From Cyanophyceae cyanobacterium (GTDB taxonomy: Bacteria > Cyanobacteriota > Cyanobacteriia > Cyanobacteriales > JBHJGN01): a stretch of 64,000 nt of DNA. Every line of letters begins with the position of its first letter. Within the stretch, counting starts at the first letter, position 1. The stretch covers positions 46,515 to 110,514 of the forward strand of contig JBHJGN010000016.1 of NCBI GenBank assembly GCA_050331735.1, given 5' to 3'. Under the pieces are notes generated by a model. The model worked only from the letters and a program-made list of their open reading frames with translations, was not told where the DNA came from and ran no database searches. Made by a program: the position numbers and the translations under genes. Shown here piece by piece: positions 1-9,611 of this stretch.

Positions 1-120
1 GATAATAGCCGTTCGTCTTTCAAAAAGCGATTTAACGTTGTTCAAATAGCTGAATAGTCCAGCTTTTTGACGGGGTTGTTGAGGAATTTGCCTGCGGCTC
101 TTTTTTTTGAGCTTTAGCAA
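1..120 (-). CDS. possible 5' end of a gene running off the window (hypothetical)
   Basis: Open frame from TTG at 120 to the window edge (LLKLKKKSRRQIPQQPRQKAGLFSYLNNVKSLFERRTAII) with GGAG upstream; no recognisable motif. Confidence 0.3.
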   Translation of the reverse strand, partial: MLKLKKKSRRQIPQQPRQKAGLFSYLNNVKSLFERRTAII

Positions 121-323
121 ACTTGACGAACTCCAACTCTAGCTTGCTAAAACGCCAGTTTTGTGTTCTAGCTAACTGCAACGCGCAGTGCTTTCTTTAG
201 CGGCAATGCCACAGTGTGTTGCCTCATTCTAAATCGGTCCAAACGACACTTCCCTAGGGAATATAGAGCGGACAAAGTTGCATCGACAGTATCTACATCT
301 AAGGCATAGGAGAAACCTCAATC

Positions 324-3300
324 GTGGCGACTATTTTTACAGAAAGCTTTGAAACAGATGGCAACGGCAGCCGTTACACCACATCAATCCCGGAATTTAC
401 CGACGGTAGTAGCGATTTCTTGACTCGCACCGACGGTAGCAACATCAGCGGTGGCTATGATGTCACTGGTTCAGACGGCAGCTTTTACTTTGCCGCCCAG
501 GATATTGACGGTGAAGGGGATGCCTCACAACAAACCCTGATATTCTCTGAGATTGACATCGCCAATTTTACCAACCTCAGCTTTAGTGCCCTGTTTGCTG
601 AAGATGATTCTAGTGACGGCAATGAAGACTGGGATGCCCCCGATTTTGTAACCGTTGAGTATCAAGTTGACGGTGGCGGATTCCTCGACTTGCTAGCCTT
701 TGAGAATGACGGCAGTACCTTCAACAGCGCTCCTCTTCAAGACACGGATTTTGATGGCACTGGTGACGGCACCGAGGTTACAGATACCTTTGCGACCTTC
801 TCAAACACCATTGATGCAACAGGTTCCACACTAGACCTCCGCATTACCTTTGACCTTGACTCCGGTGACGAGGATATTGCCATCGACAACATCCAGCTCA
901 TGGGCGACGCTGCTACTTCAGAACTATTAATCAGCGAATTTCAGCCAAATCCCCCCGGCACCGATCCCTCTTCTCAAACATTTGAACTGAGCGGAACACC
1001 GGGTGAGTCTTTCAGTGGCGTGATTGTCGGTATTGAGAGCGATTCTGGAAGTGCCAACCCAGGAGATATCAATAACTTCGAGTCAGTTTCAGGAACCTTT
1101 GATGCCAATGGTTTGTTGACTGTCAGCATTGATGACTTAGAAAACCCCTCGTTTACCGTTGCTTTGCTCTCCGATTTCACCGGGGATACCTCCACGGATA
1201 TCGACCCTGACGACGATGGAATGGCGGATGACCTCTCCACCTTCGGGACCGTTTTTGATGCGATCGGTGTACTGGACGCAATGAGCGATCAGTCATTATT
1301 GTACGGAGCACAGCTTGGCGGAACGGACTTTGACTTCACAGGGTCTGAACCCGAAATTATCTTTCGAGACGCGAGTGTAGGAGCCCTATTTGCGGTTAAC
1401 GAGCTCGGTGTTAATGAAGTTTTTGATACCGCCGGGAACAGCGTAGACCCAAACTCTTTTGACATCAACCCTACTACCGGGACAACCTTTGGAGCAATTA
1501 ACCCCAGTTCCGATAATGGTGGGACAACGCTATCGATTCAGGCTAGCGATGCGGTTCAAGCTGAAGGAGACAGCGGTACGACTAGTTTCACCTTTACGGT
1601 AACTCGCTCCGGCGATACTAGCGGAGCAACCGACGTTGATTTTGCCGTTTCCGGTGAAGCTGATGCGGCAGACTTTGGCGGCACACTTCCCTCCGGTACG
1701 ATTAGCTTCGCGGCTGGCGACACCACTCAAACAATCACCCTTGCCGTATCGGGGGATACAGATACAGAAGCAGACGAAGACTTCACTGTTACCCTCTCCA
1801 ACCCGACTAACGGAGCCACAATTGCGACTGCTACCGCTACAGGCACAATCCAGAACGACGATATTACCGTCACCCCGATCTTTGAAATTCAAGGAGCTGC
1901 TCAAAGCTCACCGCTCGCAGGACAATCTGTTTCCACAATAGGGATTGTGACAGCAGTGGATACCAACGGATTTTACCTGCAAGATCCGACTGGAGACGGT
2001 GACAGTGCTACCTCTGACGCTCTGTTTGTCTTTACTAGCTCTGCTCCTGGCGTAAGCGTCGGCGACGAACTTCAGGTGAGCGGTACGGTTAGCGAGTTTA
2101 TTCCTGGCGGTGCGGGGACAGGCAACCTATCGATTACTCAAATCAGCGGCAGTCCCACGATTACCACCTTATCTACTGGTAATGCGCTACCGAACTCGGT
2201 GGTTTTAGGGGTCGATCGCACTCCTCCCACAGAAATTATTGATAACGATCAAGACACTCAGTACAACGTTCTGCAAGGCGGCGGCGACTACGAACCGACC
2301 GCAGACGGCATCGACTTCTACGAAAGCCTAGAAGCGATGAGAGTGACGGTTAACGAGCCAGTTGCCGTTGCTGGAACCTCTCAATTTGGTGAAATCTTTA
2401 CGGTGGTGAATGATGGTGCTGGCGCCAGCAATTTGAGTCAGCGCGGCACAGCAAATATTGCTCCTGAAGACTACAACCCAGAGCGAGTTCAGATTGACAG
2501 TGACTCGTTTACTCCAGGCGGAATTCCGGATGTCGCGACCGGGGCTGAGCTTAACAACGTCACCGGCGTAATCAGCTACAGCTTTGGCAGCTTTGAGGTG
2601 CTGGCGACAGAAGCCATTACTGTTACTGAATCAAACCTAGAGCCAGAGATCAGCACCATTGCACCAACGGCTACGAACCTTACCATTGCCACCTACAACG
2701 TCCTCAACCTCGACCCGAACGATAACGATGGCGATATGGATGTGGCCAACGGACGCTTTGAGGCGATCGCTAACGACATTGTTACTAACCTGAATACGCC
2801 GGACGTCATTGGTTTACAGGAAGTTCAAGATAACGATGGTTCCGACAACACCGGCGTTACTTCTGCCAGCGAAACATTACAGCTATTGGTTGACGAAATT
2901 GCCGCTGCTGGTGGTCCCCAGTACGAATTTATCGACAATACCTTTATCGAAGATGGCGAGAGTGGCGGTCAGCCGGGCGGTAACATCCGCACTGCCTTTT
3001 TGTATAATCCGAATCGTGTCAATCTCGTTGATGGTTCGGTTCGTCCGATCGGCGATCAAGAGCCAGGTAGCCCCTTTAATGGGTCACGTTTACCTTTAGT
3101 GGCCGATTTTGAGTTCAACGGTCAAACAGTAACCGTTGTTGACAACCATTTTTCCTCCAAAGGTGGCAGCAGCCCGCTCTTTGGGGCGATTCAGCCTGCT
3201 AGCGATCTTCAAGAAGATCCAGACATTAACGGGAGCCTAGATGAACGTCGGGAGCAGGCGCAGGCGGTGAATGATTTCGTCGATGGAATTTTAGCTAACG

Positions 3301-4514
3301 ATGCCGATGCCAACGTTGTCGTTGTCGGTGACCTCAACGAGTTTGAGTTTATTTCTCCTCTTGATATTTTGGCCGGGACGACAGTAAGCACCAACGGCGG
3401 TCAAGAGACTGCCCCGGGTGGAGAGGCTGTTCTGACCAACCTCGTCAATACCATTTCTGAAGAGGAGCGCTATAGCTTTATCTTCCAGGGCAACTCTCAA
3501 CAGATCGATCACATTCTGGTCAGCGATAGCTTGCTAGAGGGAGCAGTTATTGATAATGTTCACGTCAATACTGAATTTGCAGCGACCGATGAACGCGCCA
3601 GCGATCACGATCCGGTGATTGCGAGCCTGAGTCTCGAAAGCGATCGCACTGTTAACGAGATTAACGGAACTCGCGGAGACGATACCATTACCGGGACGAA
3701 CGAGGATGATTTGATTCGTGGCGATAACGGCAATGACATCGTTAATGCTCGCGGTGGTAACGATACCGTTATAGGCGGTCGCGGCGGAGATTCTCTGAGA
3801 GGAGGGGCTGGCGACGATGTGCTGGCCGCCGATCGCGTTGATCGCTTTGACGACTTCGACGGGACTACTAGCTTCCTCAGCGGCGACAGCGGTAACGATA
3901 CTATCTTTGGCGGTCGTAAAGACGACACTATCGGTGGCGGTAACGACGACGATGTTCTATTTGGCAAGGGCGGCGACGATCTGATTCGCGGAGGAAGCGG
4001 TGACGATCTCCTCAACGGCGGTGTTGGGAATGACACCCTTCGCGGTCAAGGCGGTATCGATACGGCTGATTATTCCGACCTCACCTTTAATGGAGTCTTC
4101 GCCAGCGTCGCGGGTCTGGATGTGAACCTGTCTGACAACAGTGCTCGTCACTCCAGTACTAACAATGCCCTGACTTGGGAAGACACGTTGACCACCATTG
4201 AAAATATAATCGGGACCAGCCGCAACGATCGCTCGATCGGTAACGGCCAGAACAATGTCTTTGACGGCCAAGGGGAAGTCGGTCGCAGCGATCGCCAAAC
4301 CCAATTTACCGCTCTTAATGGGGAAACCTACAGCGTCACGGCTGATGTGGTCGAATACAGCGGCTCCCAGAGCGACTTGACCTTCATGGGCAGTGCCGAT
4401 AGCTTCACCGTCATGGGCAGCGGCATCGGCACAGATACTCTAATAGACATTGAGTTTGTGAGGTTTAATGCAGATAGTGCTGTCGTGGCAACGTCTGATC
4501 TAGCCTTCGCTTAA
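324..4514 (+). CDS. large secreted ExeM/NucH-like endonuclease (Calx-beta, OB-fold, EEP nuclease domain, RTX Ca-binding repeats)
   Basis: TYNVLNL, GLQEVQD, NHFSSKGG, GDLNE, IDHIL and SDHDP are EEP catalytic motifs; Calx-beta 'EGDSGTTSFTFTVTRSG'; C-terminal GGxGxD nonapeptides; AGGAG RBS before GTG. Confidence 0.85.
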   Translation: MATIFTESFETDGNGSRYTTSIPEFTDGSSDFLTRTDGSNISGGYDVTGSDGSFYFAAQDIDGEGDASQQTLIFSEIDIANFTNLSFSALFAEDDSSDGNEDWDAPDFVTVEYQVDGGGFLDLLAFENDGSTFNSAPLQDTDFDGTGDGTEVTDTFATFSNTIDATGSTLDLRITFDLDSGDEDIAIDNIQLMGDAATSELLISEFQPNPPGTDPSSQTFELSGTPGESFSGVIVGIESDSGSANPGDINNFESVSGTFDANGLLTVSIDDLENPSFTVALLSDFTGDTSTDIDPDDDGMADDLSTFGTVFDAIGVLDAMSDQSLLYGAQLGGTDFDFTGSEPEIIFRDASVGALFAVNELGVNEVFDTAGNSVDPNSFDINPTTGTTFGAINPSSDNGGTTLSIQASDAVQAEGDSGTTSFTFTVTRSGDTSGATDVDFAVSGEADAADFGGTLPSGTISFAAGDTTQTITLAVSGDTDTEADEDFTVTLSNPTNGATIATATATGTIQNDDITVTPIFEIQGAAQSSPLAGQSVSTIGIVTAVDTNGFYLQDPTGDGDSATSDALFVFTSSAPGVSVGDELQVSGTVSEFIPGGAGTGNLSITQISGSPTITTLSTGNALPNSVVLGVDRTPPTEIIDNDQDTQYNVLQGGGDYEPTADGIDFYESLEAMRVTVNEPVAVAGTSQFGEIFTVVNDGAGASNLSQRGTANIAPEDYNPERVQIDSDSFTPGGIPDVATGAELNNVTGVISYSFGSFEVLATEAITVTESNLEPEISTIAPTATNLTIATYNVLNLDPNDNDGDMDVANGRFEAIANDIVTNLNTPDVIGLQEVQDNDGSDNTGVTSASETLQLLVDEIAAAGGPQYEFIDNTFIEDGESGGQPGGNIRTAFLYNPNRVNLVDGSVRPIGDQEPGSPFNGSRLPLVADFEFNGQTVTVVDNHFSSKGGSSPLFGAIQPASDLQEDPDINGSLDERREQAQAVNDFVDGILANDADANVVVVGDLNEFEFISPLDILAGTTVSTNGGQETAPGGEAVLTNLVNTISEEERYSFIFQGNSQQIDHILVSDSLLEGAVIDNVHVNTEFAATDERASDHDPVIASLSLESDRTVNEINGTRGDDTITGTNEDDLIRGDNGNDIVNARGGNDTVIGGRGGDSLRGGAGDDVLAADRVDRFDDFDGTTSFLSGDSGNDTIFGGRKDDTIGGGNDDDVLFGKGGDDLIRGGSGDDLLNGGVGNDTLRGQGGIDTADYSDLTFNGVFASVAGLDVNLSDNSARHSSTNNALTWEDTLTTIENIIGTSRNDRSIGNGQNNVFDGQGEVGRSDRQTQFTALNGETYSVTADVVEYSGSQSDLTFMGSADSFTVMGSGIGTDTLIDIEFVRFNADSAVVATSDLAFA

Positions 4515-4540
4515 GCTCAGCCGGGAATTTTACGTCAAGG

Positions 4541-4569
4541 AGCAGGACAGCTACCTGTCCTGCTTGTTT
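4541..4569 (+). terminator. rho-independent terminator
   Basis: agcaggacag-ctac-ctgtcctgct hairpin followed by tgttt, after the nuclease stop. Confidence 0.6.
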
Positions 4570-4726
4570 GCGTGGAGAGAATCTCCCCATTTGTGAGAGC
4601 ACAGATACTACAGTTTAGAAGGAAGCTTAATAACAAAGCGTCAACTTCCAACTAACAAGGAAGCAAAGGCTGTCAAAACGACAACAACTTCTATTAGCCT
4701 GTAAATATCCCTGTATTCGCTTATCC

Positions 4727-7702
4727 TCACTGAGCATCCATCCAGTTTTGCCCGACGCGCACATCCACAACCAAAGGTACGCTTAGCTCTACCGCATTCT
4801 CCATTGTAGAAACAATCTGAGGCTGCAACCCTTCCCACTCATCGGGGGGAACTTCAAACACCAGTTCATCGTGAACCTGAAGCAACAACTGGGCCTGATA
4901 GTTTTGTAAAATGGAGTGTAGCTTGACCATCGCAATTTTAATAATATCAGCGCTAGAGCCTTGGATTGGGGCGTTAGCGGCGGCTCTAAGCAACTGGGCA
5001 TCGCCGTAGTTCATCTTGATTTGGCTCAGGTTGAGCGCATCCGGGTTGCAGCCGCGCAGCTTCATTAAATTTTTGCTGGCAAAGTTGAAGTAGCGCCGCC
5101 GTCCTAAAATGGTGGTAACGTATCCATGAGCGATCGCCTCTCGCTTCATCTTCTCTAAATACGCAAATACCTCAGCATAGCGGCTGCGGTACTTTTCAAT
5201 AAACGCTTTACCTTCTTTCGCGCTCACTCCCGCTTCTCTAGCGAATCGCTGCGCTCCCATGCCGTAGATCACGCCGAAGTTAATAATCTTGCCAAGGCGG
5301 CGTTCTTGAGAAGTTACGGACTCTTTATCAAAAATTAGCTTCGCCGTCACGCCATGCACGTCACTTCCAGTACGATAGGCTTCTAGCAGCACTGGCTGCT
5401 GAGTGAGGTGAGCCAAAATTCTCAACTCAATTTGGGAATAATCCACCGCAACCAATTGCCATCCTGGCTTAGGAATAAATGCCTGACGGATTTTGCGCGA
5501 GAACTCAGTCCGAATCGGAATGTTTTGCAGATTGGGATCAGAAGAAGAAAGTCGTCCGGTGGTGGTAACGCTTTGATTAAAGTTGGTATGTACTCTCCCC
5601 GTATCTGAACGAACCAGCGCTGGTAAAGCATCAACGTAGGTAGACTTGAGCTTAGACAGCGTACGATGCTCCAGCACCGTGCTGACGATGGCGTGGTCAT
5701 GCTGGAGCTTTTCTAAAGTCGCGTGATCGGTTGAATATCCTGTTTTTGTCTTTCGCGACTTACTGCGATCGAGTCCAAGTTTTTCAAACAAAATCTCGCC
5801 AAGCTGTTTCGGAGAACCGAGATTAAATTCCTCGCCTGCATACTGATAAGCCTGAGCTTCCAGCCTTTGCAAATCCTGTTCTAGCTGCTGAGACAGTCTG
5901 TGCAGATACTCTGTATCAATGCATACCCCGCGATCTTCCATCGCCGCTAAAACTGGTTCTAGTGGTTGCTCAACCTCCAACAGCAGCTTGCGGAGTTCCG
6001 GTTGTTTCAGTTCAGCGTTGAGGACTGAAACGAGGCAAAAAGTAACATACGCATCTAAGCCACAGTAGTCAGCTACTTTCTGAATTTCTAAATCGGCAAT
6101 GGTTTTTCCTTTGGGAATTTTTAGCTCTTTATAACTCAGAGATCTGATTCCCGATAAATATTCCTCGGCTAAATCCTCTAGTTTATGACTCTGTTCGGGA
6201 CGCAGCACGTAGCTAGCCAGCATTGTATCAAACACAACTCCGGCTAGCCTAATTCCCTGATGCCACAAAATCACCCGGTCGAATTTAGCATTTTGAAAGG
6301 CTTTTGGGTAGTTTTCATCTTCTAGTATCGGACGCAGCGCTGATAGAACCTGCTCCTTGGCAAGCTGGTGTCCTTGAGTATGTGCGGTGGGAATATACGC
6401 TACATCAGTTGCCCCCCAACAGCAGCCAATGCCAACTAATTCAGCATCTCGCGGATTTAACGACGTTGTTTCTGTATCCCAAGCAACGGGATGATTTTTG
6501 TCGGTATGAGTTTTAAGAAGCTCAACTAATTCTGTGAGTTGCTCTGAAGTGTCAATAATTTTTGGAGCAACGGACGATGAGTAAACGACGGTTTGTTCGG
6601 CTGACTCCGGCTGTTCAGAACTTGAATCAGATCCCGCTGCAAATAATGCCAACTGTCCATCTGGATTAGATGTCGCTGAAGGAAGTGGTTCTTTCCCTGA
6701 AATATTAGCACTATCTTCTACGGGGGCAGATGTACCGCCAAATTTTTCCTGTAGCCGGTCAATTCTCTTGAGGAATGTTTTGAGCTCTAGCTCTTCTAAA
6801 ATAGGTTTTAATGCTTCACTGTCAAATCCTTGAAGCTTGCACTCTTCTAAAACAACATCTACGGGAGTATCTAAGTGAATCTGTGCTAGGTACTGGGAGT
6901 GCAAAGCGTCTGCTTTGCCCGTTTCTAGCTTTTTCTGAACGGCTCCGCCAATGTTATCTAAGTTTTGATAGATTGTTGCTAGATCGCCGTATTCTTGCAG
7001 GAGTTTGACGGCGGTTTTATCTCCGATGCCGCGAACCCCGGGAATATTATCAGATTTGTCTCCACACAAGGCTTTATAGTCTACAACCTGATGAGGCTTG
7101 ATTCCAAGCTTTTCCTCAACAGCGATGGGATCCATTTCTATGTAGCCTTCGCTGGAGCGGTTTTTTAAAGCACTGTTGCTCAAGTAGAGAACTTTAATAT
7201 TATTCTGGTCAACCAGTTGAAATAAATCGCGATCGCCTGTTAAAATCTTGACTCGATACCCAGCAAGGCTTGCCTTTTGGGCTAGTGTCCCTAAAACGTC
7301 ATCGGCTTCGTATCCAGGAGCCGTAATCACTGGTAAGTTGAGAGCCGCCAGCAGCTCTTTGAGATTGTTTAAATCAGGAACAAAATCTTCTGGAGTTTCT
7401 TTTCTGTCAGCTTTATAGTTCGCATCCGCTTCATGGCGAAAGGTTGGTTCTCCACGGTCAAAGGCAACAGCGACGAACTGAGGCTGCTGGGACTCCACCA
7501 CCTGAGTCAAAGAATTAAGAAACCCAAAGCAGATGCTGGTGGGAATCCCCGTCGAAGTTTTGAGCGGACCTTTCCTCGATGTCGCAAACGCATAATAGGC
7601 CCGAAAAGCTAGAGAATGACCGTCTATCAAAACCAATAGCGGTGCTGTCTCTGACTCGGAACCGCCGGAGAAGGAAGGAGAGGAAGGAGAAAATTCAGAC
7701 AT
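4727..7702 (-). CDS. polA: DNA polymerase I
   Basis: 5'-3' exo (LIDGHSLAFRAYY, GDKSDNIPGV), 3'-5' exo (WDTETT), polymerase motifs DYSQIELR, KIINFGVIYG, QVHDEL. Confidence 0.98.
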   Translation of the reverse strand: MSEFSPSSPSFSGGSESETAPLLVLIDGHSLAFRAYYAFATSRKGPLKTSTGIPTSICFGFLNSLTQVVESQQPQFVAVAFDRGEPTFRHEADANYKADRKETPEDFVPDLNNLKELLAALNLPVITAPGYEADDVLGTLAQKASLAGYRVKILTGDRDLFQLVDQNNIKVLYLSNSALKNRSSEGYIEMDPIAVEEKLGIKPHQVVDYKALCGDKSDNIPGVRGIGDKTAVKLLQEYGDLATIYQNLDNIGGAVQKKLETGKADALHSQYLAQIHLDTPVDVVLEECKLQGFDSEALKPILEELELKTFLKRIDRLQEKFGGTSAPVEDSANISGKEPLPSATSNPDGQLALFAAGSDSSSEQPESAEQTVVYSSSVAPKIIDTSEQLTELVELLKTHTDKNHPVAWDTETTSLNPRDAELVGIGCCWGATDVAYIPTAHTQGHQLAKEQVLSALRPILEDENYPKAFQNAKFDRVILWHQGIRLAGVVFDTMLASYVLRPEQSHKLEDLAEEYLSGIRSLSYKELKIPKGKTIADLEIQKVADYCGLDAYVTFCLVSVLNAELKQPELRKLLLEVEQPLEPVLAAMEDRGVCIDTEYLHRLSQQLEQDLQRLEAQAYQYAGEEFNLGSPKQLGEILFEKLGLDRSKSRKTKTGYSTDHATLEKLQHDHAIVSTVLEHRTLSKLKSTYVDALPALVRSDTGRVHTNFNQSVTTTGRLSSSDPNLQNIPIRTEFSRKIRQAFIPKPGWQLVAVDYSQIELRILAHLTQQPVLLEAYRTGSDVHGVTAKLIFDKESVTSQERRLGKIINFGVIYGMGAQRFAREAGVSAKEGKAFIEKYRSRYAEVFAYLEKMKREAIAHGYVTTILGRRRYFNFASKNLMKLRGCNPDALNLSQIKMNYGDAQLLRAAANAPIQGSSADIIKIAMVKLHSILQNYQAQLLLQVHDELVFEVPPDEWEGLQPQIVSTMENAVELSVPLVVDVRVGQNWMDAQ

Positions 7703-7805
7703 ACATCTATTTTAGCGAGAGACTTTGGCCACCAAGGAACCCAGAAGGGTGCTGCGACCATAAACTTGTTTTGGTCGTAGGGAAATTCTGGGGCAGTAGT
7801 GAGAG

Positions 7806-8204
7806 CTAAGCACTATCTTGATTTTTGATATAGTCTTTAATTTTCTCTAAGGTAGCACCGCCGCAGGAGTTGACGGCATAACCCAGCGACCAAAGAACGG
7901 GCTTGCGATAAAACCCCGACAAATAATCGCTAAACTCCTTGCGAACCAGGCGAGAAGAAACCGTTTTAAGGTTGTTGACCAACTTGCTAGGAGCGACTTT
8001 TGGGTTAACGTCGAGCAGGACGTGCAGATGGTCAGCCTCCGTATTGAACTCCAAAACCGAGCAATCCCATTTAGAACAAGTATCGTGGAAGATTTGTTCT
8101 AGCCGTTCATGGATAGCTCGGTTAATCACTTTATAACGATATTTTGTCACTATAACTAAGTGTAGTTTCAAGCTGTAAACAGCTCCGCTCGTTGACTTGT
8201 GCAT
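7806..8204 (-). CDS. tnpA: IS200/IS605 Y1 (HUH) transposase
   Basis: HLVIVTKYR, HUH motif DHLHVL, LKTVSSR, catalytic Tyr in KDYIKNQ; ATG at 8204 gives a typical 132 aa protein. Confidence 0.93.
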   Translation of the reverse strand: MHKSTSGAVYSLKLHLVIVTKYRYKVINRAIHERLEQIFHDTCSKWDCSVLEFNTEADHLHVLLDVNPKVAPSKLVNNLKTVSSRLVRKEFSDYLSGFYRKPVLWSLGYAVNSCGGATLEKIKDYIKNQDSA

Positions 8205-8231
8205 TATTGGACTAAGTGATACAATCTGTTC

Positions 8232-9611
8232 ATGATACTCGCGCACGTCTACAAGCTCAAGCCCTCGCCCTCCCAATCGGCACTAATGCACGACTGGCTG
8301 AACATGCTGCGGGCGCACTACAACTTCTCCTTGCGAGACCGTATTGAAGCCTATGAACAGGCAAGAAGTCCTGTGCTAGGTAACTACTCTCGACTGGACA
8401 ACCAGGGGAGGACGCGACACCGGAACTTGGTTCCGGTGCGCGAGTCGTCCGTGGTGTGCTGCCCATTGACTTGCTCAGTTAACAAAACAGCAACAGTGGG
8501 CTATCCTTGGACAAAAGTGGGGAAGAGGCGCTCTGCGGGGATGCAGCAGGACGCTTACCTACCGGAGATGAAGTCAGCTAGACCTTGGTATAAGCGAATT
8601 AACTCTGACGTTCTGCAAACGAACCTGCGGCGGCTCAACGATGCCTTTAACCGTTTCTTTGACGGACTAGAAAAGTATCCCCAGTTCAAGACTCGCAGTA
8701 AGTTTCGCTCTTTTAGCTACAAGCCCAAGCAGGTCAAGATGGAAGGGAATCGAGTTTATCTGCCAGGGTTGGGCTGGATGCGCTTTTACCTATCTCGTCC
8801 TCTGCCAGAGGGGTTTGAAATTAGAACGGTAACGGTAAGGCGCAAGAGTGACGGCTGGCATATGTCGGTGCGGCTAGAGAACGAGGATGTTCCTAGCCTG
8901 ATGCCAAAAGAAACCAGCCAAATTGGTTCAGCCATAGCAGTAGACTTGGGCATTAGGAAGCTAGCGGCGTTGAGCAACGGGGAGTTGGTTGAAAATCCTA
9001 GATTTTCCAAGCGAGTCGAGCGCCGAAAACGGATTAGGCAAAAAGCCGCTGCCAGGAAGATCAAAGGGTCGAAGAATCGCGCCTCGGCGTATCGATATTT
9101 GGCGAAGCTAGACCAGAAAGTAGCTAGAGGGCGAGCCGACTATCACTGGAAGCTAGCTAACCAGTTAGCCCGTGCTGGAGATGCCATTATTTTTGAGGCA
9201 CTCAACATCCGAGGCATGATGGCAAGGTGCAAGCCGAAGCAGTGTCCAGAAACTGGGAAGTATCTTAAGAACGGGCAGGCGGCTAAGCGCGGTCTCAATC
9301 GCGTTATTGCTGATGCTGGCTGGGGAGAGCTAAAGCTAAAGACGAAAGCCGTAGCTGCGAAGCTAGGCTTGATCGTCTGCGAAGTTGACCCCAAGTTCAG
9401 CTCTCAAGAGTGTAGTGAATGCGGCTATATCTCTCCGGTTAATCGAGACAAGGAGAAGTTTCTGTGCGAGGCTTGCGGGTACTTCTGCGACGCAGATACT
9501 CAGGCTTCGCATAATTTGCTCCAAAGAGGACTAAAATCTCTGGGAATTAGTCCAGCCCAGCTACGGGGAGTCCCCTCGAAAGTTACACCTAGGAGTTCTG
9601 CTCAGCCGTGA
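8232..9611 (+). CDS. tnpB: RNA-guided endonuclease TnpB
   Basis: N-terminal HTH (YKLKPSPSQ), RuvC-I VDLGIRK, RuvC-II IIFEALNI, Zn ribbon CSECG/CEACG, RuvC-III DADTQASHNL. Confidence 0.93.
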   Translation: MILAHVYKLKPSPSQSALMHDWLNMLRAHYNFSLRDRIEAYEQARSPVLGNYSRLDNQGRTRHRNLVPVRESSVVCCPLTCSVNKTATVGYPWTKVGKRRSAGMQQDAYLPEMKSARPWYKRINSDVLQTNLRRLNDAFNRFFDGLEKYPQFKTRSKFRSFSYKPKQVKMEGNRVYLPGLGWMRFYLSRPLPEGFEIRTVTVRRKSDGWHMSVRLENEDVPSLMPKETSQIGSAIAVDLGIRKLAALSNGELVENPRFSKRVERRKRIRQKAAARKIKGSKNRASAYRYLAKLDQKVARGRADYHWKLANQLARAGDAIIFEALNIRGMMARCKPKQCPETGKYLKNGQAAKRGLNRVIADAGWGELKLKTKAVAAKLGLIVCEVDPKFSSQECSECGYISPVNRDKEKFLCEACGYFCDADTQASHNLLQRGLKSLGISPAQLRGVPSKVTPRSSAQP

